DNA of 61,002 nucleotides, filler included, from Sluysia triapertura (GCA_046118255.1; 4 parts of 4 records of this genome joined end to end with filler, not necessarily neighbours in it); one strand, 5' to 3'. Counted from the whole stretch's first letter, positions 20,924-35,738 are shown. Numbers and translations: made by a program. Notes: generated by a model from the sequence alone, not told the origin.

Positions 20924-23324
20924 GTAGGTAAAAGATTTTTGAAGTAAAATTTAGAATGATTTTCTTAAACGTGCGTGGTTTTAATATTCTTAGCTTAACA
21001 ACTTTACTATTAATTTCAAATTTAGTAACGTAGGCTAAGTTCTGGAGGTATAAATGAAAATCAATATAGGTTATCTCTAGTATTAAGTTTCTGAATAATT
21101 TAAGCAATTATTTAACTGTAGAAATAGAAATAATTTATAAAGTATTTTACGAAGATCTATAAAAATGACTTTAGAGTTAAATTCTAATGGTTGAAATCTT
21201 TAATCTACTTGGTATTTTATAATTGAAATTATGAAATTTAACAATGAAAAACTTTTATTAAATAATGGATAAACAAAGTTTCAAATAGAAATATAAATGT
21301 AGTAAAATAACTAAATACGAAGAATTAATCAATTTAATTCCCAAAACGATAATATTTTGCGAAAGATCTATTATAAGATCTTTTAGAAAATAGTTACAAA
21401 ATAAATTTACGTAGATTTTATGGGCACATATGTTGTATATCCCTAACTTAATACAATAAACTAACGTATGATTACTAAGCCAAGATTTATCAAGGAGGTT
21501 TAGCAGAATTAAAATTTCCTTGACCACTACGTAAAAATTTACAAAAATCGGTTTTCAAAAAACTGTATTAAAAACTGTCATGGTTGATAAATCTTGTAAC
21601 TATTTATAGTCGACTTAGCTGGCCTTGGCCAAATTAAAACAAATTATTTTAATTTTTATTCAATAAAACGAAATTTTAAAATTTATATTAATTTTAAAAA
21701 TATTAAAATTTATATTTAATTAATAATTTAAAAATCACTTACGCAAATAATTCAATTAAAATCCAAGGTTTTATGATATTACTCAAAATAATATTAAAAA
21801 TCTAAAATTTTGAAAAATCAATAAAATATATAAAACAATATATAAATCAGGTACAAAGTTCATGAAGACAGATAAAATAGATATGTACACAAAAGTATAA
21901 ATCATAAAATTAATTAGGTAACACACAATGTGACACACAATGTTATATTATATTTTTCTCAAATAAATTGACTGTTTGATAATGGAAAATTGTATCTCTC
22001 TAATCGTAGACAAGGGATATGATGCCGTTGAATGAATTGCGAACTTGAGAATTACTGGAGCCCCACAAAAAGATTAGATGTTGAGATATTAAATTGATGG
22101 TTTTTACAGTCGATGATTGAATTAAATTGTAGATGATGAAATGACAAATTGTAAAATGGCATACTATTAACAATGGCTTCTTTCTTTTTATATACATATA
22201 TACATATAAAGACATATTTTAAAATTTAGTTTAATTAAACAATTTTCCATTCTCGAAGCTTCTTTTGAATTCTTTTTAATTTATAATAATATTATTTTTT
22301 ATAATTTTATAATTTTTTAAATAATAATTTTTTACAATTTTAAATATAAAATAAAATAAAAATTTTTAAACCTTTACGGATCTTATTTCTGCATCATTAC
22401 AATTGATTTTAAAAAATTATTTTAAACAATTAGAGCCATTTGATTTTTTATATCTGATTTGATTGTTTAAACAAAATGATTTTTCTAACAACTTGATCTG
22501 ACAATTTGAATTTGATTTTAAACAATTTGATCCTTAACAGTTTATTTGAAACGAATCTATCAGAAAACTATATTTAATAGAAATATACTGTTACTTTTAT
22601 TCTCTTAGTTTATATATAGCTTAATAAGTTAAAATTTTAAGAGTGATTAATAAAATACACTTAAAATTTTTACTAACTGTTGGTAAAGTTTTATTACTAA
22701 AATAAAATCTTGATAATATATTTACTTTTATTATTTTGTAAAAAGAAAATAATATGTGCAATTTATATTTCATTGATTGTATTTATTTCTTAAGTCAACA
22801 TTTATATTATCCTAGTATTATTGAAATTTTTATGCAAGGTTGTAACATTTAATAGTAAATGTATAGTATTTGTTAATAACTTATGTTCTAATATTATTTA
22901 TCAGTTTTCTAATAATGGCAGTTGTACTTCATAAATTTCTTTTTGTTAATTTGAAAATAAATTATTCTATAAACAATTATTCTATGAACAATTTGTTTTG
23001 CATTATAAAAATAATAAACACGTTGAAAAAAGGATATATATATATATATATATCCTACATTAAATAATTTCCCATTTTTTGAAGATAATTCTTAAACAAA
23101 TATTGTGTTTAATTAAACATATTTCCTTCACAAGCTTATCTAATTAACTTATAGTCACAACTTAATAAAAATCCGAATCTATAATAAAAAAGTTATTGTA
23201 ATAATTCTAAATCATACATAATTGATCGTTTTGGATCTGATATAAACTTGCTGAAATTAGCGGATATTCAATCGAAAAATTATCTTTGACCTCCTAAAAG
23301 CTTCCAATTCTCTTTTTATGCTGA

Positions 23325-23378
23325 GATCTATGTATCGACCCTGAGTGTATAAGCTCGGTATCGTAGAGGACTCACATA
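23325..23378 (-). repeat. Palindromic terminus, divergent copy 5
   Basis: Reverse complement TATGTGAGTCCTCTACGATACCGAGCTTATACACTCAGGGTCGATACATAGAT has the same layout with compensatory changes and is followed by the family's GGAGGT motif. Confidence 0.65.
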
Positions 23379-23799
23379 AACACAATATAAATTATAATTA
23401 AATATATTAAAGCCAAAATTCTCACTTAAAAAGTCTTCAATTTCTTTATTTTTCTTTGCATTTGTGTTCTGATTCATTTGTACTTAACTAATCCAAACAT
23501 TATTAAGCATTATTATTTCGACGTTGAAATTATTATTATTTAGTTTTTTAAATTATTACCGTTAGTTTGTTAATCTTTAGCATTTATAAATTTTGTGTTT
23601 TATCTTTTTAATATTCTTTAAATTAACAACGATAATTATACAACAAAATTACTTAAATCTGAATCTCAATCTATTGTTGGGATTGCCCGACTGTAGATCA
23701 GGAGATGGGAAAGAAACATATAGAACTATAATAAAATCAATGAAGAACTGATATAAGTGATGGGATAAACATTATTAACATTGTTGAAATAAGAATCAT

Positions 23800-25440
23800 G
23801 AAAAAGAAAACATTTATAATGATCTTAACAACTAAAGAATATTTTAAGGTTCCAAAGACCTTAAGGGTTTGAGACCTTCTGGAAGCTTGAGATGGACTTG
23901 AAAACCTTTAGAAGCATTAAGGTACCTTTTGAACTTTAGAACTCTTAGTTCAATTAAGACCTTATTAACCTTTAAGTATCTTGGAACATCGATGAGCATT
24001 TGAGATCCTTTAGAAATCTCATAAAGTGTTTAAAATCTTTAAAATAGTTGAGAAATAAAATCATTGTTATTGGTATTAAGAATAAATCTAGTATAGTAAT
24101 TATAGAACTGCTGGTTGCGTTGCTATAGAGTACGGTTTTGATAAGGTTCTGTATTCGCTCAACATGATCATGGAATAGTAATATATTAGTTTTGTGATAA
24201 CTTATTTGATCCACTGTGTGATAAAATTCGCAGGTTGAACCAGACTTCATGTATAGCCCTGACACACTGGATTGGAATGGGCATTGCAATGATCTGACTG
24301 GATTATGATCTTCTTGTCTTGAGATTAATTCGTTCATCGACTTATTTTTAATTGAATTATTATTGATAAATCTATTCACATTTTCATCATAAGAATGAAA
24401 CAGTACTTTTTTCAGGTATAGTTTTATTTTTGATGCTCTTTCGACTATTTTTGAATTACTTGTTAATATTTCATTATTGGTCAGGCTCCATATATTAAGT
24501 TGTTCCATCATTAATAACTTAATCGTTTTCTTGTTAAATTTGTCTCGATCATCGATAACATCGATTCATTATTTTCTTCTTCTGAATAATTAATAGCTCA
24601 TGCCACTTCATCTTTTCTACTAATTGAAGTACAATTATCATCATAATTTTTCTCATGGAAAGAAATATCATCGATACTATTGATTCGTTTATCTAATGGG
24701 GATACAACTTGAATGTTATCATTATTGTAAGTTTGTGTAAAAATCTTTTGGGGGAATTAAACAAATTTCTTCAATTTTAGATACTAATGTTGTAAGCGCT
24801 AGTGGCCATGGATCATTGCACTTAAAGGAATACATTGCATAATATCTTTTAAAATGTCATTTCTGCTGATATAACTTGTTGTCGAACATTAAGTCTTTCA
24901 CCGAATGTAAAAATATCATCATTACAAAATATCATCAATTCTTGATATTCATCTGCATCATCTAATTCATCATTATTGCTTTGACGATTCTTCAACACAT
25001 TTTGTTTATCACTTAACCATTCTAAATAATGAGAACCCTCCAAAAATTATCAGCCATTTGGAAACTTTTTTATTACAAAAGAACTAAAAATTTAAGTTTT
25101 ATAATTTTTTACGTAATGATAAAATTTGGTAATAATATCTGCTATTAATTTTTTAAAATGATCAAGGTATTTATGTTTTTTAAATAGAAACTTTTATTTT
25201 ATTAGTTACAGAAAGTTGGTGTGTTGTTTTAGGCCTAAAAATTTTTTATGCTATGTCCGAAATTGTTATCAATTGGATGTTTAAAGCTAGTGTACAAAGA
25301 ATAACTGATTGGATAGCCAATGAGTACACTGCTTGTACTGAAACTTGTACTGATAGTGATTGCCAGTGATGACAGTTAATAATTCATAGAACTCGAAAGA
25401 CTGTCATCACTGCAACATGGATAGTGGTAGTAACAGCACT
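23800..25440 (-). pseudogene. Decayed cassette: promoter, acidic ORF, CCCH/unkempt-like zinc-finger ORF, collagen-like repeat
   Basis: CATTGGCTATCCAATCA (reverse complement of 25306-25322). ORFs 24849-25043 and 23972-24511 (RSLQCPFQSSVSGLYMKSGSTCEFYHTVDQISYHK). A 9-bp periodic GGT-NNN-NNN relic at ~23840-24040 has a paralog at ~57810-57955. Confidence 0.5.
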
Positions 25441-25714
25441 TATATCAAAATTGTAATGAAAAATAACAATTGTGCAATGATTATGATAATGATGATAAAA
25501 TTAATTCTAATAACAATAATGATAATAAATACGATAAAATAATAATAATAATAATAATAAAAAGAAATAAAATAAAATAATAATAATACTTAATAATAAT
25601 ATAAATAAAGAAAATAAAATCACATTGCATAACGTAATTTCTTTTAAATCTTTTTAATAACAAAAACTTTTGTTTATATTCTTTGAATTGAAATTTTATT
25701 TGTATAAATATACT

Positions 25715-26063
25715 TAGAATGGTTTTGAAGTGTGCGTTACATGTTTTTCAAGGTTTTAATGATTAAGGATTGTAAATTTGGAATGTTTTGAATTAATTTT
25801 CGTGTTTCCGATGATAATTTAAGATGTAATTATGGTTCCAATGTTATGGAATAATGAATAAAATGTTTTAAATGAATTTTTAAATGTAAATTGATGGTTT
25901 TAAATGAAAGTATGATTTTGATGTTAAAATTGTTAATTTGAAGTGTTTTTAAATGTGTCGAAAGGTTTTAGTAAATCTGAGAAAGTAGATGTAAAATGTT
26001 AATGAATGTAATAATGAGATTGAAATGATTATTTGAATTTTAAGCCAGAAGTTTGCCACCACA
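25715..26063 (-). mobile_element. End of a TGTGG-terminated unclassified element
   Basis: A C-poor tract ends in AGTTTGCCACCACA. Confidence 0.55.
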
Positions 26064-28989
26064 TACCACAAATCCTACTGTCTTTAAATAATTAAAATGA
26101 GATTGAATTTGAACATAGGCGGAAATTGCTGCCGAAATTCAATCAGTAAAATTAGTCGGCATATTACCGACTAAAAGAGAATAGACAGCTTTAATTTCCA
26201 TCTTGTTCAATTTCTGATTTTTAATTTCCGAAAAGCATAATAAACTGCTGCATAAACAGTTATATTTTTGCATAAAGTTAGAGATAGATCTAAGACTTAA
26301 GAAGATTACAGGAAACTTTCTAGCTGTAGGGACGCTGCTTAAGTTCATCAGTGCATAACTGTGTAACTGAAGTTATTTCTTTAGCAATCAGCTAAAATCA
26401 ATTAGACTAGTATAAAGTAGGAATAAAGGTTAGTAAATTAATTTGTATTGATTGTATTTTGTATTAATACGGGTGCGAAGATTTAAGTTGTGTCAACCCT
26501 AGTTGTGATTTGTTTTTAGAGAGTAATTTACGTTATAAAGAATAATTTATAATATTGTTATAGAGAATAATTTATATTTTATTATAACGAGTATTTTTGC
26601 ATTGTCGTTGTTATAAAGAATAATTTACATCTTTTAATTGTAATTTTGTGATAATTCAAAGAATATATCGAGATTCTGAATTTGTTTAATCATTGAGTGT
26701 TTAATTGATAATTTGTAAAATAAAATAGTACAAAAGACACAACAAATCTAAAACTTAAATTTTACAAACTAATTGAGTTCGTATTCAATAAAATTAATTT
26801 TTAAAATTTTTTTTTCTAACAGTTTATTTTTGTAACAACATCTTGGCGTAAAGTGGTATTCTTAATTAATATTGAAACGCCATGGTGCTACTCATGGCGT
26901 TAATGTATTTGGTACACTTATTTGCATTTATTGGACTGTACACTCCTTCCAGCTTATCGGCCTTGATTTTTTACACAGTAGTTTCAGTTTTACTAGCCTG
27001 GGTCTCTTCGATCATGTTAAATAAAGATGAAGTCAGATTTCACATAGTGGAAGCTGTTAATAAAACATGACATTATTTTGTTCCGGTTTTACAGTATGCT
27101 TTAGAACAATTAGCTAGACATCTACTAAAAGTATTATGAGAACAAGTAATGACAGGACGAATCACCAGAAAGATAAACAGCACTTAAATTTCTAATTAAT
27201 GAATGTGATTAATGATGTATTCTATGCACACTATAAGTTTATTACTTTAATGATAATAATAATTATAATTACGATTATGATTATTGTTATTATTATGAGC
27301 CTTGTTATTTTTAATTCTTAATAATACTTAATACATCTTAAGATTTATCAAAAACTATTCACTATCACTATTATTTTTCATGTATTGCTTAATTAATTAA
27401 TTATTGTTGATAAATATTTTCATTTTACAATCACACAAAGTCTCTTAAGTCAATATATCATTTAGAGTCGATATTCTGTTTTTGTATTAATAAAGAAGTT
27501 TGTTTATTATTTTTATTTGCTTTTTTTCCAAATGTCAATTATAATTTTCTAAAAACATTTCATTATTAATTTCTAAAATTAGATACACTTACATTTCTGT
27601 CATCAGCTCCAGCTAGTCGACGACCCGCAACTTCGTATCAACTATATTATTTTATTTTGAATTTGGAAAAATCTTCATATTTTTAGGGCATCTTAAAATG
27701 ATTGACTCAAAAAATGTTTTTTGTTATATTAAATTACTAAAACCGAAAATTGAAAAGGTTTTCATTGATGAGTCCGTAATTTATATTTCCAACTACTCAC
27801 TAATAAGTAGTCGGTGTAAATTGTACTAATTTGGGTCGATGCATTCACGGAAAAATTACACTGATGTGCAATCCAACTGTTTATTATAAAATAAATTTAT
27901 GAAGTACGTAAGAAAAATTGTAAATAAAAACTAGCTTTATTTGAAGTATTTTATTAAATTTCATCATTTATTTTTATTGATTAATTATTAAGTTAGTAAA
28001 TATTAACAATTTTAATTGCTTATTATATTCAAAAAGCTAATTACATGGAAATTAATATTCATGCTTTAAGTAATTTTTGAATTTATTTTATAATTAAAAA
28101 TAATATTATTTTTGGGGGATTTTATTAGAATAATTTTTGTTTTTGGGAAATTTATATTTGATTATTATTAAGGAATAATCGTGAATAATAATTAATATTT
28201 TTCTTATTCTTGCGTCACCTGTGGTTTCTTTAGATAGATTGTTATTTCCTTAGCACTATTATAAACGTTATTGTTAATCTTGTCATTTTAGTCACTTTTA
28301 GTATTGTTTAGTGGAGATTTATAATAGTAATAATTTGTATTTGATTTTTATTTAACTAATAAATTAATTTGTTATTAATTTGATTTTCAAAAACTTAATT
28401 TTAGGGTGAATAATTATTAATATCATAATAAGGCAATTACTGAAAATTTATACTTGATATAGTGACTACTTAAATTATTGAGATTTTATTTTAGTTAATT
28501 AAATTGATATTGATTTAGCGCGATTAATAATTTCTAAAGATGCAACAATGTCACTGTTTATACATTTGCATAACTAATCCATAAATATAGGTTAAATAAC
28601 AAATATATCATTGAACTTATCCTTAAATATATGATTTATCAATATCATTAATTAGTTGTTTAATTCGTTGTTTAATTAATTGTTTCGATTCTTTTCAGTA
28701 GCTACTTTAAAAAATTGTAGCAGGCACTCAGGTTCTGAGATCATAATCAAATTTATAATAGGCTATAGCTGCGGTCTGGAACGAAGTTAAATTACCCCAA
28801 ATGGGGTAAAATTGAAAGTTTTCGGGATAATGAATAGGATCAAAAATTTAAAAAATTTTAATTTTCAAAAATGAAAAAGTTTTATAAAAAAGCATTCAAC
28901 TTGACAGAAAACATTATGACTATGCAGTTATAAGTTGCATAAATCGGAATAGTTTATAATTTAGTATTTTACTCCTGCTTTAATCTTAG

Positions 28990-30113
28990 TGCTGTGGTTT
29001 TCTTAATGCTAAACCTACAGCAAAATAAAAATTAAGCAGGATTCGATTATAGTAAGCGTCTTACAACTAGTAGTTGGCACCTCTGTAACTAATAAGTTGA
29101 GCATCTTACTACAATTACTTAAAAAACGTTTAACACGTTCCTAACAATGTTATTATGAGGGTCTTGATTTTTTATTTATCACAATAAAGAAACAACTCAA
29201 TTAACTTTTGAATCATATTAAATTAAATGTAAACGTAGAATGGATTATAATACAAAATAAAACGTGATTAATATATTCGATCTAATTGCTTTTAAAATTT
29301 AAGTAAAAAATTTCCCCTCAATATATCCGGGTGCTTACTATATCAAAGGTAAAAAATTGATTTTTAGTGTATTTTAGGATCTTGACTTATAAAATCAAAA
29401 TCACTTAACAAAAAAATAATTTACCATTTCATGAAACATAAAATCCTTCGATGAGAAATTTGTCTGTAGTCAAATCTGATCTGTAAATTTGGCGCTGAAA
29501 ATTTAAATGGCGGCATAAATTTAGAATGATTACTTTTAAGTATATCGAAAAATCTACTTAAAATTTTATTGAACTTTTTGGAACTATTTCAAAGTTCCAA
29601 GTATAGTATTAACTTGTATAGTATTAACTCCATAGTTAATAAGGTAAAATCATTATTTATATTTTTTGTTTGTTGTTTTGTATTGCTTTATTAACTGACC
29701 ATAATTATATAAAATTTTTCTTTCTTTTATCTTTAAATTTTTATAGCTTCAAATTAATAAAAATCAGATAAAGAGCTACAGTTATCGGAAGTTTATCGGA
29801 GTCGTAAAATCTAGTTACAACAGGATTGTTCGTAAAATCACAATTAACTTTGAGAACTATAGTCTGAATAAGTTGCATAAAGAAGTTAACATAAAGTATT
29901 TTGAAAAATCGAATTTTATTGTCTATAGTCACCGACAATTAAAGGAAAATTTCTCAGTTGATTTTTACGAGCAATTTTGTTAGATTTACCTCCAATAGTT
30001 GTTCTTTTATTGAAATCCAATGGCTAGCCCTAATCAGTAAGTCTAGTACATTGATGGACTCCCGTAAGAAATCTTTTGCTATATTCGGTTCCCATCTTAA
30101 GAAAACCCCAGCA
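28990..30113. mobile_element. Putative non-autonomous DNA element bounded by 17-bp inverted repeats
   Basis: TGCTGTGGTTTTCTTAA (28990-29006) and TTAAGAAAACCCCAGCA (30097-30113) match 16/17. The first ~80 bp recur at 53163-53250. No TSD seen. Confidence 0.5.
30013..30066 (-). repeat. Palindromic terminus, copy 2
   Basis: AAATCCAATGGCTAGCCCTAATCAGTAAGTCTAGTACATTGATGGACTCCCGTA. Confidence 0.85.
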
Positions 30114-30444
30114 TAAATAAAGATTTAATTATTATATTAATTTTTAAACGTTACTGTAATGAATAAAGACTTGCTCATTGCATTCAATAAAAATTTGTTA
30201 GTTACATCTAAGTAAAAGTTTATTTATTACATTAATTTATAAACGTTTATTCGTTGCATTCGATAAAGTTATTAAAAATACAATTTATCGATCGTGTTTG
30301 TTAAAGTATTAAATTAAATACAGGTTTTCTTTTACTACATATATCAGAAAGGTATTGAAAGCTAAGATTTGTTTTAATTTAATACAAACATTTATAATTA
30401 TGAGGTTAGAAATCAAAACGATAATTGTTGTAAAGTTAAAAATA

Positions 30445-30818
30445 CTGTAAAATCCCGATCATACGCTGCAGAGAACGTTTTTATGGAAGTGTATTTTTTA
30501 GTCGTATAAGCTGCAGCAAGCATTAGCTGCACCATTTGCGGTGATGTTCTTGAAATTGAATGAATGTGAACGAGCCTGATCCAAACGTTGCAGTTTTTCA
30601 TGACCTTGTAGAATTACTAGAAAATTTCACTTTTATTGACAATGAAAAGTGTGATGGTTTTGAGGAGTGTGATGTTGAAAATTGAAATAAATAAATAATC
30701 TTATCTTCAATTTGAATTGTTTTTTTAGTTGTATAAGCTGCACATCATATTAACTGCAATTCAAAAATGTTGCCTTTATGTACGGTATTAGCTGCAGCTT
30801 ATGCTCGGGATTTTACAG
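30445..30818. mobile_element. pogo/Tc2-like MITE
   Basis: TIRs CTGTAAAATCCCGA(T/G)CATA flanked by TA on both sides; internal GTATAAGCTGCA repeats. Confidence 0.85.
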
Positions 30819-31142
30819 TAATAGAAGATTTTGTATCAATTGATCATAGTAAAGACGAGTAGTTAGTGAAATCACTAAGACTAATATATCTTAAAAATGT
30901 AAAATAGAATTGATTAGGATTGCAAAGACTACATCTACTTGGATAGAGAGAGAGACTGATTCAATACATAGCACTATATCAATATTTTTAAAAACACGTA
31001 AACAATTTCCAAAATTTTGTAAAATTATAAATATTGATATTGATAGAATTACTTTTATAATATTCTAAAATTTAATATTGTTTTATTAATATAAAGTTTT
31101 AAATTAAATAATTAAAATCAAATTATATTTTAATTAATAAAA

Positions 31143-31460
31143 ATTATGTCAATTATTAATGTACAACAAAAACAGAAAAAGCTGATGAAAATAAACAGTA
31201 TCATACTTTAATTTTTTAATTATGCAAATATATCATTATTATTAAACATAATGTAATAAAATTTTATTATTTATAACTTTAAATATGATAAATCAAAGTA
31301 TCTAAATATTGATGTAATTGATGTAAATATTATGTCAATTAATAATGTACAAACAAAAACAGAAAAAGTTAATGAAAATAAACAATATCTTTTTATGCTT
31401 TAATTACACAAACAAATTATTATTAAACATGTAACAAAATTTATATTATTTATAAGTTTA
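31143..31460. repeat. Tandem duplication, ~187-bp period
   Basis: TTATGTCAATTA..AATGTACAA..AAAAACAGAAAAAG..ATGAAAATAAACA occurs at ~31143 and ~31330. Confidence 0.85.
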
Positions 31461-31866
31461 AAATTTTTTAAGTTTTAAATTTATTAAGTTGCAGAAAATT
31501 ATTCATAGTACTTTATAATCAGTTGATTTATTGTAATATGACAAACTTTAACCTTAGGATTACCAGTAAAATAAATATGTAGATTATCGAGCGTGGACAA
31601 AATTGTCCATAATACATATTTCTTTATTTTCAATAAATTGCATATTTAAACACACGCATTACATATTTTTCTCTTCTTTGCATGTAAAAGACAGACATTA
31701 GGAATTATTTTCAGTTTTTGCTTTTCTTCGCACGTGATAGTATCTTTATAACAAATAAAGCATCTTCCTCGGATGTTGTTCTTGTTGTTGATGTTGTCTT
31801 TGAATTTTCTTTAGGCTTTGAATCCACTCAAAACATCAGTGTAAAATCCTATAATGTTTCTTCTTC

Positions 31867-31924
31867 TACGTGAGTATAAGCCAACGTATATAGGCTTATA
31901 AGTTATGGCTAGACCGTTGGATTT
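31867..31924 (+). repeat. Palindromic terminus, copy 3
   Basis: TACGTGAGTATAAGCCAACGTATATAGGCTTATAAGTTATGGCTAGACCGTTGGATTT followed by TGGAGGT. Confidence 0.75.
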
Positions 31925-33682
31925 TAAATAAAAACGTAAGCTTACTGGAGGTTAAACTTTATTTTTACTGTATTTATATTCAATTTAAGTCACAAGTCTT
32001 GTGTGTAAACTTAATGATATTTTAGTATGGTTTCATTTTAAACAAAACTTGAAATTAAAAATTTATTTAGGTTTGTTATTTAAATCAGATCTTAAAAAAT
32101 AATTTATAAAGATTCCTTCTTAAATGGAACCTCAAAGAATTTTTAAATATTTTGTTCTTTCTTTAATACGAATCTTGATTCGCCTTTTTGGCAAGGTTAA
32201 TAGGATTTTAGACCTTACTGATTATTTTGGTTCCGCTTATTAGCGAGATTAAATTTCTTTTGGATTTTGTTGAAGTTCAGTTTTAAAATAGAACCTATAA
32301 AAATAGAAGTTTAAATGAAAATTCCAAATGTGAGGTATTATTTTGCTACAACGTTAAACTATGTAAATTATGATATTTTATTGATGATATATATTAAAAA
32401 GATCATTTGATAGTAATATTTTAAATTGTAATTGCTATTGTAAACAAAATTCAAGTATACTTAATATATGTTTTAAGTATAAATTATAAAAAAATTACAA
32501 AATTATATATAAAAACAGATTTTATCACAAATAAGAATTTATCTCGATTAATAATCAGTAATCGATTAATAATAAGTAAATAAACTTTAAAAGAAGTATG
32601 AATAGGAAATTAATTATTGAAGATGGTATGTGATGAAAACCATAGATTCTGAATTCCCACATATTTTGTTGAAATTATATAAATTAAGTCTTAATTTCGG
32701 GAACAGTGTAACATTTATTAAGTATAATAAATTATTAAACATTATGAGCATGTTATTTCACATGGCATGAATTAACGTCATCCGTCCTCAATGTGTTAAG
32801 GTATATTTGACTTAATATAGCGGATATATGAAACTGAAAGTGAAGTTAGTGAAAGATGTATTACATTTATGATGCAATTATTTTAAATAAACTAATTAAG
32901 TAAATTCGGGCTTTTCTAATAAAAGGATAAGTTTTGCCTTGTTTTTTTGTCTTAAATAAATTAAAGCTTAAAATACATTCAAACTATTAACCTCTTTCAG
33001 CTAGGATAATCTAGCTTTAAAATCTAATTAAATTGATGATTTTTATTGTGAAGCTTTATTTATTTCTTATGGTTTTCTGCATTTTGCGATAAGATAATTT
33101 TAATAATGAATTGGTGTATTAAAAATAACTTTTCCGAGTGTGAAAACATAAAGTTTCGTCAATGCATAAAACTTTACATCGCAAAAGAACATTTTCTTTA
33201 TCATTTCATTATTAGATGTTTTTATTATTGTTTTTATAACTTTCATCATGTTTAATCATAAATTTAATACAAGTTTTTCATTAAATTTTTAGTAGTTTTT
33301 CCAGTTATTACTTGTGCATTTGATTAAATTATAATTGAATGTTGACTCGCGCCTGAGATTTATTTCGATCACCCATCTCGAGTTTAGTTCTCATTCAGCT
33401 TAAATTTGCTTACTTTAATTACTATTAAATTTAATTTTATTTGATGTCAGGCGCTATATCATTAACTTTATATCAATGAGGCTAAGACAAAACAAAAAAC
33501 CGGGATTACAGCAACTTATCAATAACATAATACAATTCGTTAACAATAAAATGATAAGAAGAAACTTACGAGAAATATCACTAGATTTTGAGTAGAATCT
33601 CTCGATAATATTACAGCAAGCTTTGACCCTGAGTTTTAATACTTGAATAGTTCGGGATATCTGACGAAATTATGTTCTTCAC

Positions 33683-34595
33683 TGTGGTGGTTAGCGCGAT
33701 TTCAAACATCTCATAACACAATCAAAGAACTAAATAACTTAAAACATTAAATATTAATAATTTAAAAAATTCAAAGTGTTATAAAAAATGAAATTTATAT
33801 AAAATCTATTTCAACCTCTATAATTCTGTTTCTCATTCAGTATTCTAATTCCTTTCTTCAATTTCAATTCCTTATCTCTATTCTACGACTATTCACCAAG
33901 AACCACACCAATTATTTCTCAATCTTTTTGCACACAGACAACTTCATCACCAATATCAGCATCATCCTCAACTTACCATTATTTTTATCATTAGCAGTAG
34001 TTTCAGCATTATCAACAATCATCTATTCAAACTACTTGTAACCTAAAAAATCTTATATCAACGAAGCCACAAAAGCGAAACAATTCATGCTTACATCAAA
34101 AGTTAAAGTAAATTAAAGAAACATTATCTTGGATGATCTATAATTAGCTAAATTTGCAACTATTCATTGAAACTAATTACAGAACAAGGAAATGAAAGAC
34201 CATTTCAAAAGTAAAGTAGAAACACGAAACTCATAAAGAAGTGAGTGAGTTAATTGAATGTCATAGAACACAGGATGTTTAAAGGACTATTTAACAATCT
34301 CTGAATATGTGATTAAGATGAAATGTTTTGTTGACTGTTTTATGAGTTGTAAGATGATATTTTTCATTAATGAATTCTCGTGTATTTAGCATTTGGATTT
34401 TAGGTATCATATTTGTATCTGTTTACGGATTTAGTAAATGCATTAATGTAATGTATGACTTTTATTTTGTGAAATGGTATTATTTGATGATCCGATCATA
34501 AATGAATTAGAGATGTGTTTTAATGGTTCAAGTTAGGATTTATGAATTATGAAACTTTATGTAATAAATTTAGCGTTATAAGTTGAGCCACCATA
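33683..34595. mobile_element. Most complete TGTGG-terminated element (~910 bp)
   Basis: Left end TGTGGTGGTTAGC, right end GTTGAGCCACCATA. The left part is G-poor and the right part C-poor. An internal block is shared with the 36364 copy. Confidence 0.6.
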
Positions 34596-35738
34596 TATTT
34601 ATAATTGTATATTTCTTAAATGTACATTAGTAATTGGCTTATTATCATAAAAATTTGTTTAGTAAGATAGATTAGAAGTACATCAGTTGTATATTTTGAT
34701 ATTAAAAATGGTTAAAGCAAGGTGTTTTACTTATGGCAATATTTAGAGAAAGAAGAAACGGAAATATACACATTAAATCATAAATTGTGTTTGTTGTGTT
34801 CGTATAAAACTTTGTTATTTTATTGATTATTTTTAGGTATAATTGTATGTGATTATTGTATGTAGATTATTGTATGTAATAATCTTGATAATTATTTTGA
34901 TTAATTTTTATATTTTCATTTTAAATAAATAAATTTTAAAGATAAATATTTAATTTTAGATTTGAATAATAAAATTTTAAGACGAACGATAAATAAAATT
35001 TTTAAATAGTTTAACTGAGTTAAAATAAAATTGTTTAGTCAGGTCAACAATTTTAATATAAGTAAAAATGTTCTAATAAATTTTTCACACAATAAAATCA
35101 ACGAAACTTTAATACTATTTTAACATTGTTTCGATCAGTTCGAAAACTCTAATCACAAATCGTTTTTATTATTGATTTGTTTTATTTTTTCTAAGTTTGT
35201 GCGACGCGGAGTAAAGTTGACTTAAACTAATTTGTCAATTCTTTTGCGTTAACGTTTAAATTTGTTAACCACGTAAAATATCACTTAAATTGAATTTATA
35301 TAAGATTATAAAATAATAATCTTGATAAAATAATTATTATTAATATAAATTTTATTATTCTTGGTAATCTTGCAATATCGTTGTAATATAAATTTTATTG
35401 TAACTCGTTGTGTTATTCAATTTATATTATATTTGATTTGAAGAAGGTTTATTTTAATTAAACCTAAGAAAATTTTATTAAAGTCCTTTGTAATTAAATA
35501 CTGATTCATTTTAGGAACTAAAGTAAAATATTATCTTTTTGCTGCTTTCTTTTAATTTCAAAACCGAAGTATAATCTATTAATTTGACCTAATTATATTT
35601 TAAAATATCTTTTAGGATATCTTTACGAAAGATCCTTAGCAAAATATCGACGTTAATAATAAAATTACATAGATTTTCATTTGCATAATTTCATTGAGCA
35701 CAAATATTAAAATCCTCCATAAGTTTCATATTGCTTCT

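Noticed and set aside
26110-26855. Possible LTR ending ...AACAACA followed by a PBS-like TGGCG
   Set aside because: No second copy, no convincing tRNA complement and no recognisable gag-pol downstream.
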